DNA from: Eledone cirrhosa
Lineage: Eukaryota
Direction of reading: 5' to 3'
Length of the DNA stretch: 64,000 nucleotides
Assembly (NCBI GenBank): GCA_964016885.1
Contig: OZ024740.1
Span: 73,222,001-73,286,000 of the forward strand
Part shown: one piece after another, positions 13,211-32,800 of the stretch
Layout of the letters: each line of letters begins with the position of its first letter
How positions within the stretch are numbered: the stretch's first letter is position 1
The notes under the pieces: generated by a model
Database searches by the model: none
What the model saw: the letters and a program-made list of their open reading frames with translations, nothing else
What the model was told of the DNA's origin: nothing
Made by a program: the position numbers and the translations under genes

Positions 13211-14859
13211 TCTACCATTCATCTTACCCCAACCGTCAGAGTGGTTTGATCATTTTTGTTGTTGTTGTTATTGTTGTTGTTGATGTTGTTGTTATTGTTA
13301 TTGTTCTTCTTCTTCTTGTTATTTTTGTCATTGTTGTTGTTGTTCTTCTTCTTGTTATTGTTGTTGTTATTGTTGTCCGAGTTACTGTTTGTTACAGACA
13401 TTAAATGTTTATCTTTTAACAATGTCTATGTGGCTGGTTTTCTTTTAGGCTCACGAACTGATCCTTTGATTTGACAACGTCTTTGTGGTTTTTGTTGTTA
13501 TTGATATTGTTATCATTGCTTATTGTAGCTGTTTTGAAGTTGTTGTTGTTTTTTTTATTGTACCGTCGATGGATAAGTATAATTGACATAATATTGAATA
13601 AATAAAATTCAGTGTTTAAAAGGCTGCAACTGTTTTTATTATAAATTTCTAAAATAAAAAAGGGCTGAAATATTTGTAATCAGCGTAAAAAATTAGGTCT
13701 GTGCTGAGAAATTTACAATAAAATCGGACGTTGTTCGGAAAAGATCCCCAAATTGCTGAAGCGTTCAAGAATTTCAACAAGAATTGCATTGTTTGATTTT
13801 CTCTGCAACCAGCACCAATGTCGGTGTTGTCAGTCCTCTAATTGTATTGGCAGAGAAATATTGTGTCTGTGGTTGTTGTTTGATATCATAACAACAATAA
13901 CAACTATAACAAACAGTTAAATAGTTATGCGAATAACACAACTTAACAATCGTTAATTCGAACTTGTCACTAGTTCGTTTACGGTGTTCCTATTTCATTT
14001 GAGACGATGTCTGTTTATTTTAGTGGTAGCGTTTTTTTGTTTGTTTGTTGTTTTTTTTTCGGTAGATTGAGAAGAAAATAACGAAACATGTACAGTAGAA
14101 TTGTCCTCGTTATAGTGAGGAGGAAGTTGTGTCAGTCATACAGGAAATTCTGGCATGTTATATAACATCTTTTTTAAGGAACAACTTCTTAATGAGAATG
14201 ACGGGGGAGATTACTTGTTTTTCTTTCGTTTCATTTTTCTTTTGTAATTTTTGTTCTATTTCTTTCTTTCTTTCCTTTCTTCTTTCCTTTCTTTGTTTTC
14301 TTCTTTCTTTCTTTCGACCTTCCTTGCTATATTTGTTTGTTTGTTACTGATGTACTAAAGCTAATACTGAAAATAGTTTCTAAAAAGAAATGTGTGAAAA
14401 ATTGATGTTAAAAGCTACAGACATTTTTGGTTTTTATTTTTTTTTTAAAACAAAATTAATTTAGTTCTATGGGTATGCTGATAACAATGGATATGTTGAT
14501 AGCATCTTGTTTTAAAAGAATTGGCGAGTAAGCCAATATAGAGTTTATGAGAAGTGCTTTATCGAAGTGAACTTCAGTAGACTAAAATGCTCAAGGGACA
14601 TTTAAGGGACAATTGCTTGAAACAATGCAGTTACACGTGAGAGAAAAACATATACGTTTCGCATTTTTAAATCTATAGTCACATATAAGCAAATAACTAT
14701 GTTAGATTTAAGCAATTAATTGGTATTGCGTTTAAGCAATTGATTGGTGTCAACTGTGATTCTTAAATCTTCTGCTTTAAGTAACTTACTAAATCCAGTA
14801 AATCAATGCAATTATGACAATACGGACTTCGTTGAAATATCAAATATGCCAACCTGCAG

Positions 14860-15016
14860 GAGATCCACAGATAGACTATGAGAAAGATAGTTGGATACAA
14901 CCTTGAGCTCTGTTGGTCTCGCTTGGGAATCCATCCGGATCAATTGGGGATGGTTGCTTCTGATAGTATCTTCTTGAAAGTATGTCTGAAGACAGTAGTA
15001 GTAGTAGTAGTAGTAA

Positions 15017-15075
<59 letters not shown>
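14860..15075 (+). mobile_element. RTE-like LINE 3' end with (TAG)n tail
   Basis: Encodes ELCWSRLGIHPDQL, matching ELGWSRLGIQLD in the minus-strand RTE fragment at 51195-51565. Confidence 0.55.
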
Positions 15076-15296
15076 TATTCGCTGAGAGTGAAATATTTTT
15101 CATTCTTAATTTGCTCTGTAAAAAGATACAGAGTACCTTGATGAAATTCTAGAAAATGTGAAATATGTACGAGAGATGCATCGTTCGATTCTCCGGAGTT
15201 GCTCAACTACTATTTATAGTTGTTTGCCTTGTAGTGACTGTGTTTTCGGGTGGTGATAAGTGTTTATATATATGTATGTATATATATATATATATA

Positions 15297-16455
<1,159 letters not shown>

Positions 16456-17012
16456 GTCGATATTGCTTATCGACCATCACGGGTTCAAATCCATTAAAAG
16501 TCAACTTTGCATTCCATTATTCCGGGGTCAATAAAATAAAATTAACAATGAAGCATTGAGGTATATTTTATCAACTATACCATACTCTCACAAGTAGGAC
16601 CTTTATGCCAAATGTCAGAAATACACAAACTCAAAGTTAAACACCATGGCACCATTAGGTTGAAAATTCCCCGCTAAATAAGCAGTAATCGTTAACACTA
16701 GTGTCGTTAATTCACCAATAACACCACGCGGAGGCCCTTAATAATAAGTCTTTAAAGTGTATTCTCCATTTTTTGTTCATTTATTTACTGGCATCTAAAT
16801 GAGGTAGACGTTTTCAAGTTTATGAAACTACTGGTAATGCAGATACAAGTCAAAAGGTTAATAAGTAATCTTACCTTCCACGTTATCTGCCGATTGCTGT
16901 TTTCTTTAATGTATACCCCCCCCCCCCACACACACACACAATTATCTACATATATACGCATATATGCATATATATATATATATGTATGTGTGTATGTATA
17001 TATATGTGTGTG

Positions 17013-17052
<40 letters not shown>

Positions 17053-17184
17053 GGTGTGTGTATGTGTTTGTGTGTGTGTATGTGTGTGTGTCTGTGTCAT
17101 ATTCTGTGGGATCAAATGAAGGAACGAAACGTAAATTCACGTCTTTGCTTGGCCTTTATGAAGTTTAATCAGAAGCAACAATAT

Positions 17185-17373
17185 ACAGGCAGCAACATCA
17201 CCAACGATACTCACACCATCACCAGCACTACCACTGGCAACAATAACAACAACTACTACTACTACTACTACTTCTACTACTACTACTACTACTACTACTA
17301 CCACTACTACTACAGCACCAACAATACTAAAACCATCACCAGCACTACCACTGATAACAATAACAACAAAACA

Positions 17374-17414
<41 letters not shown>

Positions 17415-17486
17415 CACTACTACTACAGCACCAACAATACTAAAACCATCACCAGCACTACCACTGATAACAATAACAACAAAACA

Positions 17487-17542
<56 letters not shown>

Positions 17543-17614
17543 CACTACTACTACAGCACCAACAATACTAAAACCATCACCAGCACTACCACTGACAACA
17601 ATAACAACAAAACA

Positions 17615-17669
<55 letters not shown>

Positions 17670-17850
17670 GTACTACTACTACTACAGCAGCACCAATACT
17701 AACACCATCACCGCCACTACCACTGACAATAACAAAAACTACACCATCTTCAACAACAACAACAACCACAACTATACCTTCACTAACTACAACAATAACA
17801 ACAAAGACTTCACAATCTAAATATTAACAACAACAACTATACCGCCAGTC
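17185..17850 (+). repeat. About four diverging units (cagcaccaacaatactaaaaccatcaccagcactaccactg + (ACT)n) leading into the giant array
   Basis: Units start near 17190, 17312, 17426 and 17554; they read TAPTILKPSPALPL in one frame. Confidence 0.8.
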
Positions 17851-20800
17851 ATAACAACAACTACACCACCACCAACTACACCACCACCAACAACACCAAC
17901 AACAACAACTACACCACCACCAACAACACCAACAACAACAACTACACCACCACCAACAACACCAACAACAACAACTACACCACCACTAACAACACCAACA
18001 ACAACAACTACACCACCACACAACAACACCAACAACAACAACTACACCACCACCAACAACAACAACTACACCACCAACAACAACACCAACAACAATAACT
18101 ACACCACCAACAACACCAACAACAACAACTACACCACCACTAACAACACCCAACAACAACAACTACACCACCACTAACAACACCCAACAACAACAACTAC
18201 ACCACCACCAACAACACCAACAACAACAACTACACCACCACCAACAACACCAACAACAACAACTACACCACCACCAACAACACCAACAACAACAACTACA
18301 CCACCACCAACAACACCAACAACAACAACTACACCACCACCAACAACACCAACAACAACAACTACACCACCACTAACAACACCAACAACAACAACTACAC
18401 CACCACCAACAACACCAACAACAACAACTACACCACCACCACAAACAACACCAACAACAACAACTACACCACCACCAACAACACCAACAACAACTACACC
18501 ACCACCAACAACAACAACAACAACAACTACACCACCACCAACAACACCAACAACAACAACTACACCACCACCACCAACAACACAAACAACAACAACTACA
18601 CCGCCACCAACAACACCAACAACAACTACTACACCACCACCAACAACACCAACAACAACAACTACACCACCACCAACAACACCAACAACAACGACTACAC
18701 CACCACCAACAACACCAACAACAACAACTACACCACCACCAACAACACCAATAATAACAACTACACCACCACCAACAACACCAACAACAACTACTACACC
18801 AGCACCAACAACACCAACAACAACTACACCACCACCAACAACACCAACAACAACAACTACACTACCACCACCAACAACACCAACAACTACACCACCACCA
18901 AACAACACCAACAATAACAACTACACAACCACTAACAACACCAACAACAACAACTACACCACCACCAACAATACCAACAACAACAACTACACCACCAGCA
19001 ACAACACCAACAACAACAACTACACCACCACCAACACCACCAACAACAATAACTACACCACCACCAACAACGCCAACAACAACTACACCACCACCAACAA
19101 CACCAACAACAACAACTACACCACCACAAACAACAACAACTACACCACCACTAACAACACCAACAACAACTACACCACCACCAACAACATCAACAACAAC
19201 AACTACACCACCACTAACAACACCCAACAACAACAACTACACCACCACTAACAACAACAACAACAACAACTACACCACCAACAACAACACCAACAACAAC
19301 AACTACACCACCACCAACAACACCAACAACAACAACTACACCACCAACAACAACACTAACAACAACAACTACACCACCACCAACAACACCAACAACAACA
19401 ACTACACCACCACCAACAACACCAACAACAACAACTACACCACCACCACCAACACCAACAACAACAACTACACGACCACCAACAACACCAACAACTACAC
19501 CACTAACAACAACACCAACAACAACAACTACACCACCACCAACAACACCAACAACAACAACTACACCACCACCAACAACAACAACTACACCACCACCAAC
19601 AACACCAACAACAACACCAACACCACCACCAACAACACCAACAACAACAACTACACCACCACCAACAACACCAACAACAACAACTACACCACCACCAACA
19701 ACACCAACAACAACAACTACACCACCACCAACAACACCAACAACAACACCAACACCACCACCACCAACAACACCAACAACAACAACTACACCACCAACAA
19801 CACCAATAACAACACCAGCACCACCACCAACAACACCAACAACAACAACTACAACACCAACAACAACACCAACAACAACAACTACACCACCACCAACAAC
19901 ACCAACAACAACAACTACACCACCACCAACAACACCAACAACAACAACTACACCACCACCAACAACACCAACAACAACACCAACACCACCACCAACAACA
20001 CCAACAACAACAACTACACCACCAACAACACCAACAACAACACCAACACCACCACCAACAACACCAACAACAACAACTACACCACCACCAACAACACCAA
20101 CAACAACAACTGCACCACCAACAACACCAACAACAACACCAACACCACCACCAACAACACCAACAACAACAACTACACCACCAACAACACCAACAACAAC
20201 ACCAACACCACCACCAACAACACCAACAACAACAACTACACCACCACCAACAACACCAACAACAACAACTACACCACTACCAACAACACCAACAACAACA
20301 ACTACACCACCAACAACACCAACAACAACTACACCACCACCAACAACACCAACAACAACACCAACACCACCACCAACAACACCAACAACAACACCAACAC
20401 CACCACCAACAACACCAACAACAACAACTACACCACTAACAACAACACCAACAACAACACCAACACCACCACCAACAACACCAACAACAACAACTACACC
20501 ACCACCAACACCAACAACAACAACAACTACACCACCACCAACAACACCAACAACAACACCAACACCACCACCAACAACACCAACAACAACACCAACACCA
20601 CCACCAACAACACCAACAACAACACCAACACCACCACCAACAACACCAACAACAACACCAACACCACCACCAACAACACCAACAACAACAACTACACAAC
20701 CACCAACAACACCAACAACAACAACTACACCACCAACAACACCAACAGCAACAACTACACCACCACCAACAACACTAACAACAACAACTACACCACCACC

Positions 20801-23800
20801 AACAACACCAACAACAACAACTACACCACCACCACCAACAACACCAACAACAACAACTACACCACCACCAACAACACCAGCAACAACAACTACACCACCA
20901 CCAACACCAACAACAACAACAACAACTACACCACCACCAACAACACCAACAACAACAACTACACCACCACCAACAACATCAACAACAACAACTACACCAC
21001 CACCAACAACACCAACAACAACAACTACACCACAACCAACAACACCAACAACAACTACACCACCACCAACAACACCAACAACAACAACTACACCACCACC
21101 AACAACACCAACAACAACAACTACACTACCACCACCAAGAACACCAACAACAACAACTACACCACCACCAACAACAACAACAACAACTACACCACCACCA
21201 ACAGCACCACCAACAACACCAACAACAACAACTACACCACCACCAACAACACCAACAACAACAACTACACCCACCAACAACACCAACAACAACAACTACA
21301 CCACCACCAACAACACCTACACCACCACCAACAACACCAACAACAACAACTACACCACCACCAACAACACCAACAACAACAACTACACCCACCAACAACA
21401 CCAACAACAACAACTACACCACCACCAACAACACCAACAACAACTACACCACCACCAACAACACCAACAACAACAACTACACCACCACTAACAACACCCA
21501 ACAACAACAACTACACCACCACCAACAACACCAACAACAACAACTACACCACCACTAACAACACCAACAACAACAACTACACCACCACCAACAACACCAA
21601 CAACAACAACTACACCACCACTAACAACACCAACAACAACAACTACACCACCACCAACAGCACCAACAACAACAACTACACCACCACCAACAACACCAAC
21701 AGCAACAACTACACCACCACCAACAACACCAACAACAACAACTACACCACCACCAACAACACCAACAACAACAACTACACCACCACCAACAACACCAACA
21801 ACAACAACTACACCACCACTAACAACAACAACTACACCACCACTAACAACACCAACAACAACTACACCACCACCAACAACATCAACAACAACAACTACAC
21901 CACCAACAACAACACCAACAACAACAACTACACCACCACTAACAACACCAACAACAACAACTACACCACCAACAACAACACCAACAACAACCACTACACC
22001 ACCACTAACAACACCAACAACAACAACTACACCACCACCAACACCAACAACAACAACTACACCACCACCAACAACACCAACAACAACAACTACACCACCA
22101 CCAACAACACCAACAACAACAACTACACCACCAGCAACAACACCAACAACAACAACTACACCACCACCAACAACACCAACAACAACAACTACACCACCAA
22201 CAACAACACCAACAACAACAACTACACCACCACCAACAACACCAACAACAACAACTACACCACCAACAACAACTACACCACCACCAACAACACCAACAAC
22301 AACAACTACACCACCACTAACAACACCAACAACAACAACTACACCACCACCAACAACACCAACAACAATAACTACACCACCAACAACACCAACAACAACA
22401 ACTACACCACCACTAACAACACCCAACAACAACAACTACACCACCACTAACAACACCAACAAAAACAACTACACCACCACCAACAACACCAACAACAACA
22501 ACTACACCACCACCAACAACACCAACAACAACAACAACACCACCAGCAACAACACCAACAACAACAACTACACCACCACCAACAACAACAACTACACCAC
22601 CACCAACAACACCAACAGCAACAACTACACCACCACCAACAACACCAACAACAACAACTACACCACCACCAACAACACCAACAACAACAACTACACCAAC
22701 ACCAACAACACCAACAACAACAACTACACCACCACCAACAACACCAACAACAACAACTACACCACCACCAACAACACCAACAACAACAACTACACCACCA
22801 CCAACAACACCAACAACAACAACTACACCACCACTAACAACAACAACTACACCACCACTAACAACACCAACAACAACTACACCACCACCAACAACATCAA
22901 CAACAACAACTACACCACCAACAACAACACCAACAACAACAACTACACCACCACTAACAACACCAACAACAACAACTACACCACCAACAACAACACCAAC
23001 AACAACCACTACACCACCACTAACAACACCAACAACAACAACTACACCACCACCAACACCAACAACAACAACTACACCACCACCAACAACACCAACAACA
23101 ACAACTACACCACCACCAACAACACCAACAACAACAACTACACCACCACCAACAACACCAACAACAACAACTACACCACCAGCAACAACACCAACAACAA
23201 CAACTACACCACCACCAACAACACCAACAACAACAACTACACCACCAACAACAACACCAACAACAACAACTACACCACCACCAACAACACGAACAACAAC
23301 AACTACACCACCAACAACAACACCAACAACAACAACTACACCACCACCAACAACACCAACAACAACAACTACACCACCACTAACAACACCAACAACAACA
23401 ACTACACCACCACCAACAACACCAACAACAATAACTACACCACCAACAACACCAACAACAACAACTACACCACCACTAACAACACCCAACAACAACAACT
23501 ACACCACCACTAACAACACCCAACAACAACAACTACACCACCACCAACAACACCAACAACAACAACTACACCACCACCAACAACACCAACAACAACAACT
23601 ACACCACCACCAACAACACCAACAACAACAACTACACCCCCACCAACAACACCAACAACAACAACTACACCACCACCAACAACACCAACAACAACAACTA
23701 CACCACCACTAACAACACCAACAACAACAACTACACCACCACCAACAACACCAACAACAACAACTACACCACCACCACAAACAACACCAACAACAACAAC

Positions 23801-26800
23801 TACACCACCACCAACAACACCAACAACAACTACACCACCACCAACAACAACAACAACAACAACTACACCACCACCAACAACACCAACAACAACAACTACA
23901 CCACCACCACCAACAACACAAACAACAACAACTACACCGCCACCAACAACACCAACAACAACTACTACACCACCACCAACAACACCAACAACAACAACTA
24001 CACCACCACCAACAACACCAACAACAACGACTACACCACCACCAACAACACCAACAACAACAACTACACCACCACCAACAACACCAATAATAACAACTAC
24101 ACCACCACCAACAACACCAACAACAACTACTACACCAGCACCAACAACACCAACAACAACTACACCACCACCAACAACACCAACAACAACAACTACACTA
24201 CCACCACCAACAACACCAACAACTACACCACCACCAAACAACACCAACAACAACAACTACACCACCACCAACAATACCAACAACAACAACTACACCACCA
24301 GCAACAACACCAACAACAACAACTACACCACCACCAACACCACCAACAACAATAACTACACCACCACCAACAACGCCAACAACAACTACACCACCACCAA
24401 CAACACCAACAACAACAACTACACCACCACAAACAACAACAACTACACCACCACTAACAACACCAACAACAACTACACCACCACCAACAACATCAACAAC
24501 AACAACTACACCACCAACAACAACACCAACAACAACAACTACACCACCACTAACAACACCAACAACAACAACTACACCACCAACAACAACACCAACAACA
24601 ACCACTACACCACCACTAACAACACCAACAACAACAACTACACCACCACCAACACCAACAACAACAACTACACTCCACCAACAACACCAACAACAACAAC
24701 TACACCACCACCAACAACACCAACAACAACAACTACACCACCACCAACAACACCAACAACAACAACTACACCATCAGCAACAACACCAACAACAACAACT
24801 ACACCACCACCAACAACACCAACAACAACAACTACACCACCAACAACAACACCAACAATAACAACTACACCACCACCAACAACACCAACAACAACTACAC
24901 CACCACCAACAACAACAGCAACAACGACTACACCACCACCAACAACACCAACAACAACAACTACACCACCACCAACAACACCAACAACAACAACTACACC
25001 ACCACCAACAACACCAACAACAACAACTGCACCACCACCAACAACACCAACAACAACAACTACACCACCACCAACAACACCAACAACAACTACACCACCA
25101 CCAACAACAACAACTACACCACCACCAACAACACCAACAACAACAACTACACTACCACCACCAACAACACCAACAACAACAACTACACCACCACCAACAA
25201 CACCAACAACAACTACACCACCACCAACAACACCACCAACAACACCAACAACAACAACTACACCACCACCAACAACACCAACAACAACAACTACACCACC
25301 ACCAACAACACCAACAACAACAACTACACCACCACCAACAACACCAACAACAATAACTACACCACCACCAACAACACCAACAACAACAACTACACCACCA
25401 CTAACAACACCAACAACAACAACTACACCACCACCAACAACACCAACAACAACAACTACACCACCAACAACAACACCAACAACAACAACTACACCACCAC
25501 CAACAACACCAACAACAACAACTACACCACCAACAACAACACTAACAACAACAACTACACCACCACCAACAACACCAACAACAACAACTACACCACCACC
25601 AACAACACCAACAACAACAACTACACCACCACCAACAACACCAACAACAACAACTACACGACCACCAACAACACCAACAACAACAACTACACCACTAACA
25701 ACAACACCAACAACAACGACTACACCACCACCAACAACACCAACAACAACAACTACACCACCACCAACAACACCAATAATAACAACTACACCACCACCAA
25801 CAACACCAACAACAACTACTACACCACCACCAACAACACCAACAACAACTACACCACCACCAACAACACCAACAACAACCACTACACCACCACTAACAAC
25901 ACCAACAACAACAACTACACCACCACCAACACCAACAACAACAACTACACCACCACCAACAACACCAACAACAACAACTACACCACCACCAACAACACCA
26001 ACAACAACAACTACACCACCACCAACAACACCAACAACAACAACTACACCACCAGCAACACCAACAACAACAACTACACCACCACCAACAACACCAACAA
26101 CAACAACTACACCACCAACAACAACACCAACAACAACAACTACACCACCACCAACAACACCAACAACAACAACTACACCACCACTAACAACACCAACAAC
26201 AACAACTACACCACCACCAACAACACCAACAACAATAACTACACCACCAACAACACCAACAACAACAACTACACCACCACTAACAACACCCAACAACAAC
26301 AACTACACCACCACTAACAACACCAACAAAAACAACTACACCACCACCAACAACACCAACAACAACAACTACACCACCACCAACAACACCAACAACAACA
26401 ACTACACCACCACCAACAACACCAACAACAACAACTACACCACCACCAACAACACCAACAACAACAACTACACCACCACCAACAACACCAACAACAACAA
26501 CTACACCACCACTAACAACACCAACAACAACAACTACACCACCACCAACAACACCAACAACAACAACTACACCACCACCACCAACAACACCAACAACAAC
26601 AACTACACCACCACCAACAACACCAACAACAACTACACCACCACCAACAACAACAACAACAACAACTACACCTCCACCAACAACACCAACAACAACAACT
26701 ACACCACCACCACCAACAACACCAACAACAACAACTACACCGCCACCAACAACACCAACAACAACTACTACACCACCACCAACAACACCAACAACAACAA

Positions 26801-29800
26801 CTACACCACCACCAACAACACCAACAACATCGACTACACCACCACCAACAACACCAACAACAACAACAACACCACCACCAACAACACCAATAATAACAAC
26901 TACACCACCACCAACAACACCAACAACAACTACTACACCACCACCAACAACACCAACAACAACTACACCACCACCAACAACACCAACAACAACAACTACA
27001 CCACCACCACCAACAACACCAACAACTACACCACCACCCAACAACACCAACAATAACAACTACACAACCACTAACAACACCAACAACAACAACTACACCA
27101 CCACCAACAACACCAACAACAACAACTACACCACCAGCAACGACACCAACAACAACAACTACACCACCACCAACACCACCAACAACAATAACTACACCAC
27201 CACCAACAACGCCAACAACAACTACACCACCACCAACAACACCAACAACAACAACTACACCACCACCAACAACACCAACAACAACAACTACACCACCACC
27301 AACAACACCAACAACAACAACTACACCACCACCAACAACATCAACAACAACAACTACACCACCAACAACAACACCAACAACAACAACTACACCACCACTA
27401 ACAACACCAACAACAACAACTACACCACCAACAACAACACCAACAACAACCACTACACCACCACTAACAACACCAACAACAACAACTACACCACCACCAA
27501 CACCAACAACAACAACTACACCACCACCAACAACACCAACAACAACAACTACACCACCACCAACAACACCAACAACAACAACTACACCACCACCAACAAC
27601 ACCAACAACAACAACTACACCATCAGCAACAACACCAACAACAACTACACCACCACCAACAACAACAGCAACAACGACTACACCACCACCAACAACACCA
27701 ACAACAACAACTACACCACCACCAACAACACCAACAACAACAACTACACCACCAACAACAACACCAACAATAACAACTACACCACCACCAACAACACCAA
27801 CAACAACTACACCACCACCAACAACAACAGCAACAACGACTAAACCACCACCAACAACACCAACAACAACAACTACACCACCACCAACAACACCAACAAC
27901 AACAACTACACCACCACCAACAACACCAACGTCAACAACTGCACCACCACCAACAACACCAACAACAACAACTACACCACCACCAACAACACCAACAACA
28001 ACTACACCACCACCAACAACACCAACAACAACAACTACACCACCACCAACAACACCAACAACAACAACTACACTACCACCACCAACAACACCAACAACAA
28101 CAACTACACCACCACCAACAACACCAACAACAACTACACCACCACCAACAACACCACCAACAACACCAACAACAACAACTACACCACCACCAACAACACC
28201 AACAACAACAACTACACCACCACCAACAACACCAACAACAACAACTACACCACCACCAACAACACCAACAACAATAACTACACCACCACCAACAACACCA
28301 ACAACAACAACTACACCACCACTAACAACACCAACAACAACAACTACACCACCACCAACAACACCAACAACAACAACTACACCACCAACAACAACACCAA
28401 CAACAACAACAACTACACCACCACTAACAACACCAACAACAACAACTACACCACCACCAACAACACCAACAACAACAACTACACCACCACTAACAACACC
28501 CAACAACAACAACTACACCACCACTAACAACAACAACAACAACAACTACACCACCAACAACAACACCAACAACAACAACTACACCACCACCAACAACACC
28601 AACAACAACAACTACACCACCAACAACAACACTAACAACAACAACTACACCACCACCAACAACACCAACAACAACAACTACACCACCACTAACAACAACA
28701 ACAACAACAACTACACCACCAACAACAACACCAACAACAACAACTACACCACCACCAACAACACCAACAACAACAACTACACCACCAACAACAACACTAA
28801 CAACAACAACTACACCACCACCAACAACACCAACAACAACAACTACACCACCACCAACAACACCAACAACAACAACTACACCACCACCACCAACACCAAC
28901 AACAACAACTACACGACCACCAACAACACCAACAACTACACCACTAACAACAACACCAACAACAACAACTACACCACCACCAACAACACCAACAACAACA
29001 ACTACACCACCACCAACAACAACAACTACACCACCACCAACAACACCAACAACAACACCAACACCACCACCAACAACACCAACAACAACAACTACACCAC
29101 CACCAACAACACCAACAACAACAACTACACCACCACCAACAACACCAACAACAACAACTACACCACCACCAACAACACCAACAACAACACCAACACCACC
29201 ACCACCAACAACACCAACAACAACAACTACACCACCAACAACACCAATAACAACACCAGCACCACCACCAACAACACCAACAACAACAACTACAACACCA
29301 ACAACAACACCAACAACAACAACTACACCACCACCAACAACACCAACAACAACAACTACACCACCACCAACAACACCAACAACAACAACTACACCACCAC
29401 CAACAACACCAACAACAACACCAACACCACCAACAACAACACCAACAACAACAACTACACCACCAACAACACCAACAACAACACCAACACCACCACCAAC
29501 AACACCAACAACAACAACTACACCACCACCAACAACACCAACAACAACAACTGCACCACCAACAACACCAACAACAACACCAACACCACCACCAACAACA
29601 CCAACAACAACAACTACACCACCAACAACACCAACAACAACACCAACACCACCACCAACAACACCAACAACAACAACTACACCACCACCAACAACACCAA
29701 CAACAACAACTACACCACTACCAACAACACCAACAACAACAACTACACCACCAACAACACCAACAACAACTACACCACCACCAACAACACCAACAACAAC

Positions 29801-32800
29801 ACCAACACCACCACCAACAACACCAACAACAACACCAACACCACCACCAACAACACCAACAACAACAACTACACCACTAACAACAACACCAACAACAACA
29901 CCAACACCACCACCAACAACACCAACAACAACAACTACACCACCACCAACACCAACAACAACAACAACTACACCACCACCAACAACACCAACAACAACAC
30001 CAACACCACCACCAACAACACCAACAACAACACCAACACCACCACCAACAACACCAACAACAACACCAACACCACCACCAACAACACCAACAACAACACC
30101 AACACCACCACCAACAACACCAACAACAACAACTACACAACCACCAACAACACCAACAACAACAACTACACCACCAACAACACCAACAGCAACAACTACA
30201 CCACCACCAACAACACTAACAACAACAACTACACCACCACCAACAACACCAACAACAACAACTACACCACCACCAACAACACCAACAACAACAACACCAA
30301 CAACAACAACAACACCACCAACAACACCAACAACAACAACTACACCACCACCAACAACACTAACAACAACAACTACACCACCACCAACAACACCAACAAC
30401 AACAACTACACCACCACCAACAACACCAACAACAACAACTACACCACCACCAACAACACCAACAACAACAACTACACCACCACCAACAACACCAACAACA
30501 ACAACACCAACAACAACAACTACACCACCAACAACACCAACAACAACAACTACACCACCACCAACAACACTAACAACAACAACTACACCACCACCAACAA
30601 CACCAACAACAACAACTACACCACCACCAACAACACCAACAACAACAACTACACCACCACCAACAACACCAACAACAACACCAACAACTACACCACCAAC
30701 AACAACACCACCAACAACAACTACACCACCACCAACAACACCAACAACAACAACTACACCACCACCAACAACACCAACAACAACAACTACACCACCATCA
30801 ACAACACCAACAACAACAACACCAACAACAACAACTACACCACCACCAACAACACCAACAACAACAACTACACCATCACCAACAACACCAACAACAACAA
30901 CTACACCACCACCAACAACACCAACATCAACAACTACACCACCACCAACAACACCAACAACAACAACTACACCACCACCAACAACACCAACAACAACAAC
31001 TACACCACCACCAACAACACCAACAACAACAACTACACCACCACCAACAACACCAACAACAACAACACCAACAACAACAACTACACCACCACCAACAACA
31101 CCAACAACAACAACTACACCACCACCAACAACACCAACAACAACAACTACACCACCAACAACACCAACAACAACAACTACACCACCACCAACAACACCAA
31201 CAACAACAACTACACCACCACCAACAACACCAACAACAACAACTACACCACCACCAACAACACCAACAACAACAACTACACCACCACCAACAACACCAAC
31301 AACAACACCAACAACAACAACTACACCACCACCAACAACACTAACAACAACAACTACACCACCACCAACAACACCAACAACAACACCTACACCACCACCA
31401 ACAACACCAACAGCAACAACTACACCACCACCAACAACACCAACAACAACAACTACACCACCAGCAACAACACCAACAACAACAACAACAACAACTACAC
31501 CACCAGCAACAACACCAACAACAACAACACCAACAACAACAACTACACCACCACCAACAACACCAACAACAACAACTACACCACCACCAACAACACCAAC
31601 AACAACAACTACACCACCACCAACAACACCAACAACAACAACTACACCACCACCAACAACACCAACAACAACAACACCAACAACAACAACTACACCACCA
31701 CCAACAACACCAACAACAACAACTACACCACCACCAACAACACCAACAACAACAACTACACCACCACCAACAACACAAACAACAACAACTACACCACCAC
31801 CAACAACACCAACAACAACAACACCAACAACAACAACTACACCACCACCAACAACACCAACAACAACAACTACACCACCACCAACAACACCAAAAACAAC
31901 AACTACACCACCACCAACAACACCAACAACAACAACTACACCACCACCAACAACACCAACAACAACACCAACAACAACAACTACACCACCACCAACAACA
32001 CCAACAACAACAACTACACCACCACCAACAACACCAACAACAACAACTACACCACCACCAACAACACCAACAACAACAACTACACCACCACCAACAACAC
32101 CAACAACAACAACACCAACAACAACAACTACAACACCACCAACAACACCAACAACAACAACTACACCACCACCAACAACACCAACAACAACAACTACACC
32201 ACCACCAACAACACCAACAGCAACAACTACACCACCACCAACAACACCAACAACAACAACTACACCACCACCAACAACACCAACAACAACAACTACACCA
32301 CCACCAACAACACCAACAACAACAACTACACCACCACCAACAACACCAACAACAACAACTACACCACCACCAACAACACCAACAACAACAACTACACCAC
32401 CACCAACAACACCAACAACAACAACTACACCACCACCAACAACACCAACTACAACAACACCAACAACAACAACTACACCACCACCAACAACACCAACAAC
32501 AACAACTACACCACCACCAACAACACCAACAACAACAACTACACCACCACCAACAACACCAACAACAACAACTACACCACCACCAACAACACCAACAACA
32601 ACAACACCAACAACAACAACACCAACAACAACAACTACACCACCACCAACAACACCAACAACAACAACTACACCACCACCAACAACACCAACAACAACAA
32701 CTACACCACCACCAACAACACCAACAACAACAACTACACCACCACCAACAACACCAACAACAACAACACCAACAACAACAACTACACCACCACCAACAAC

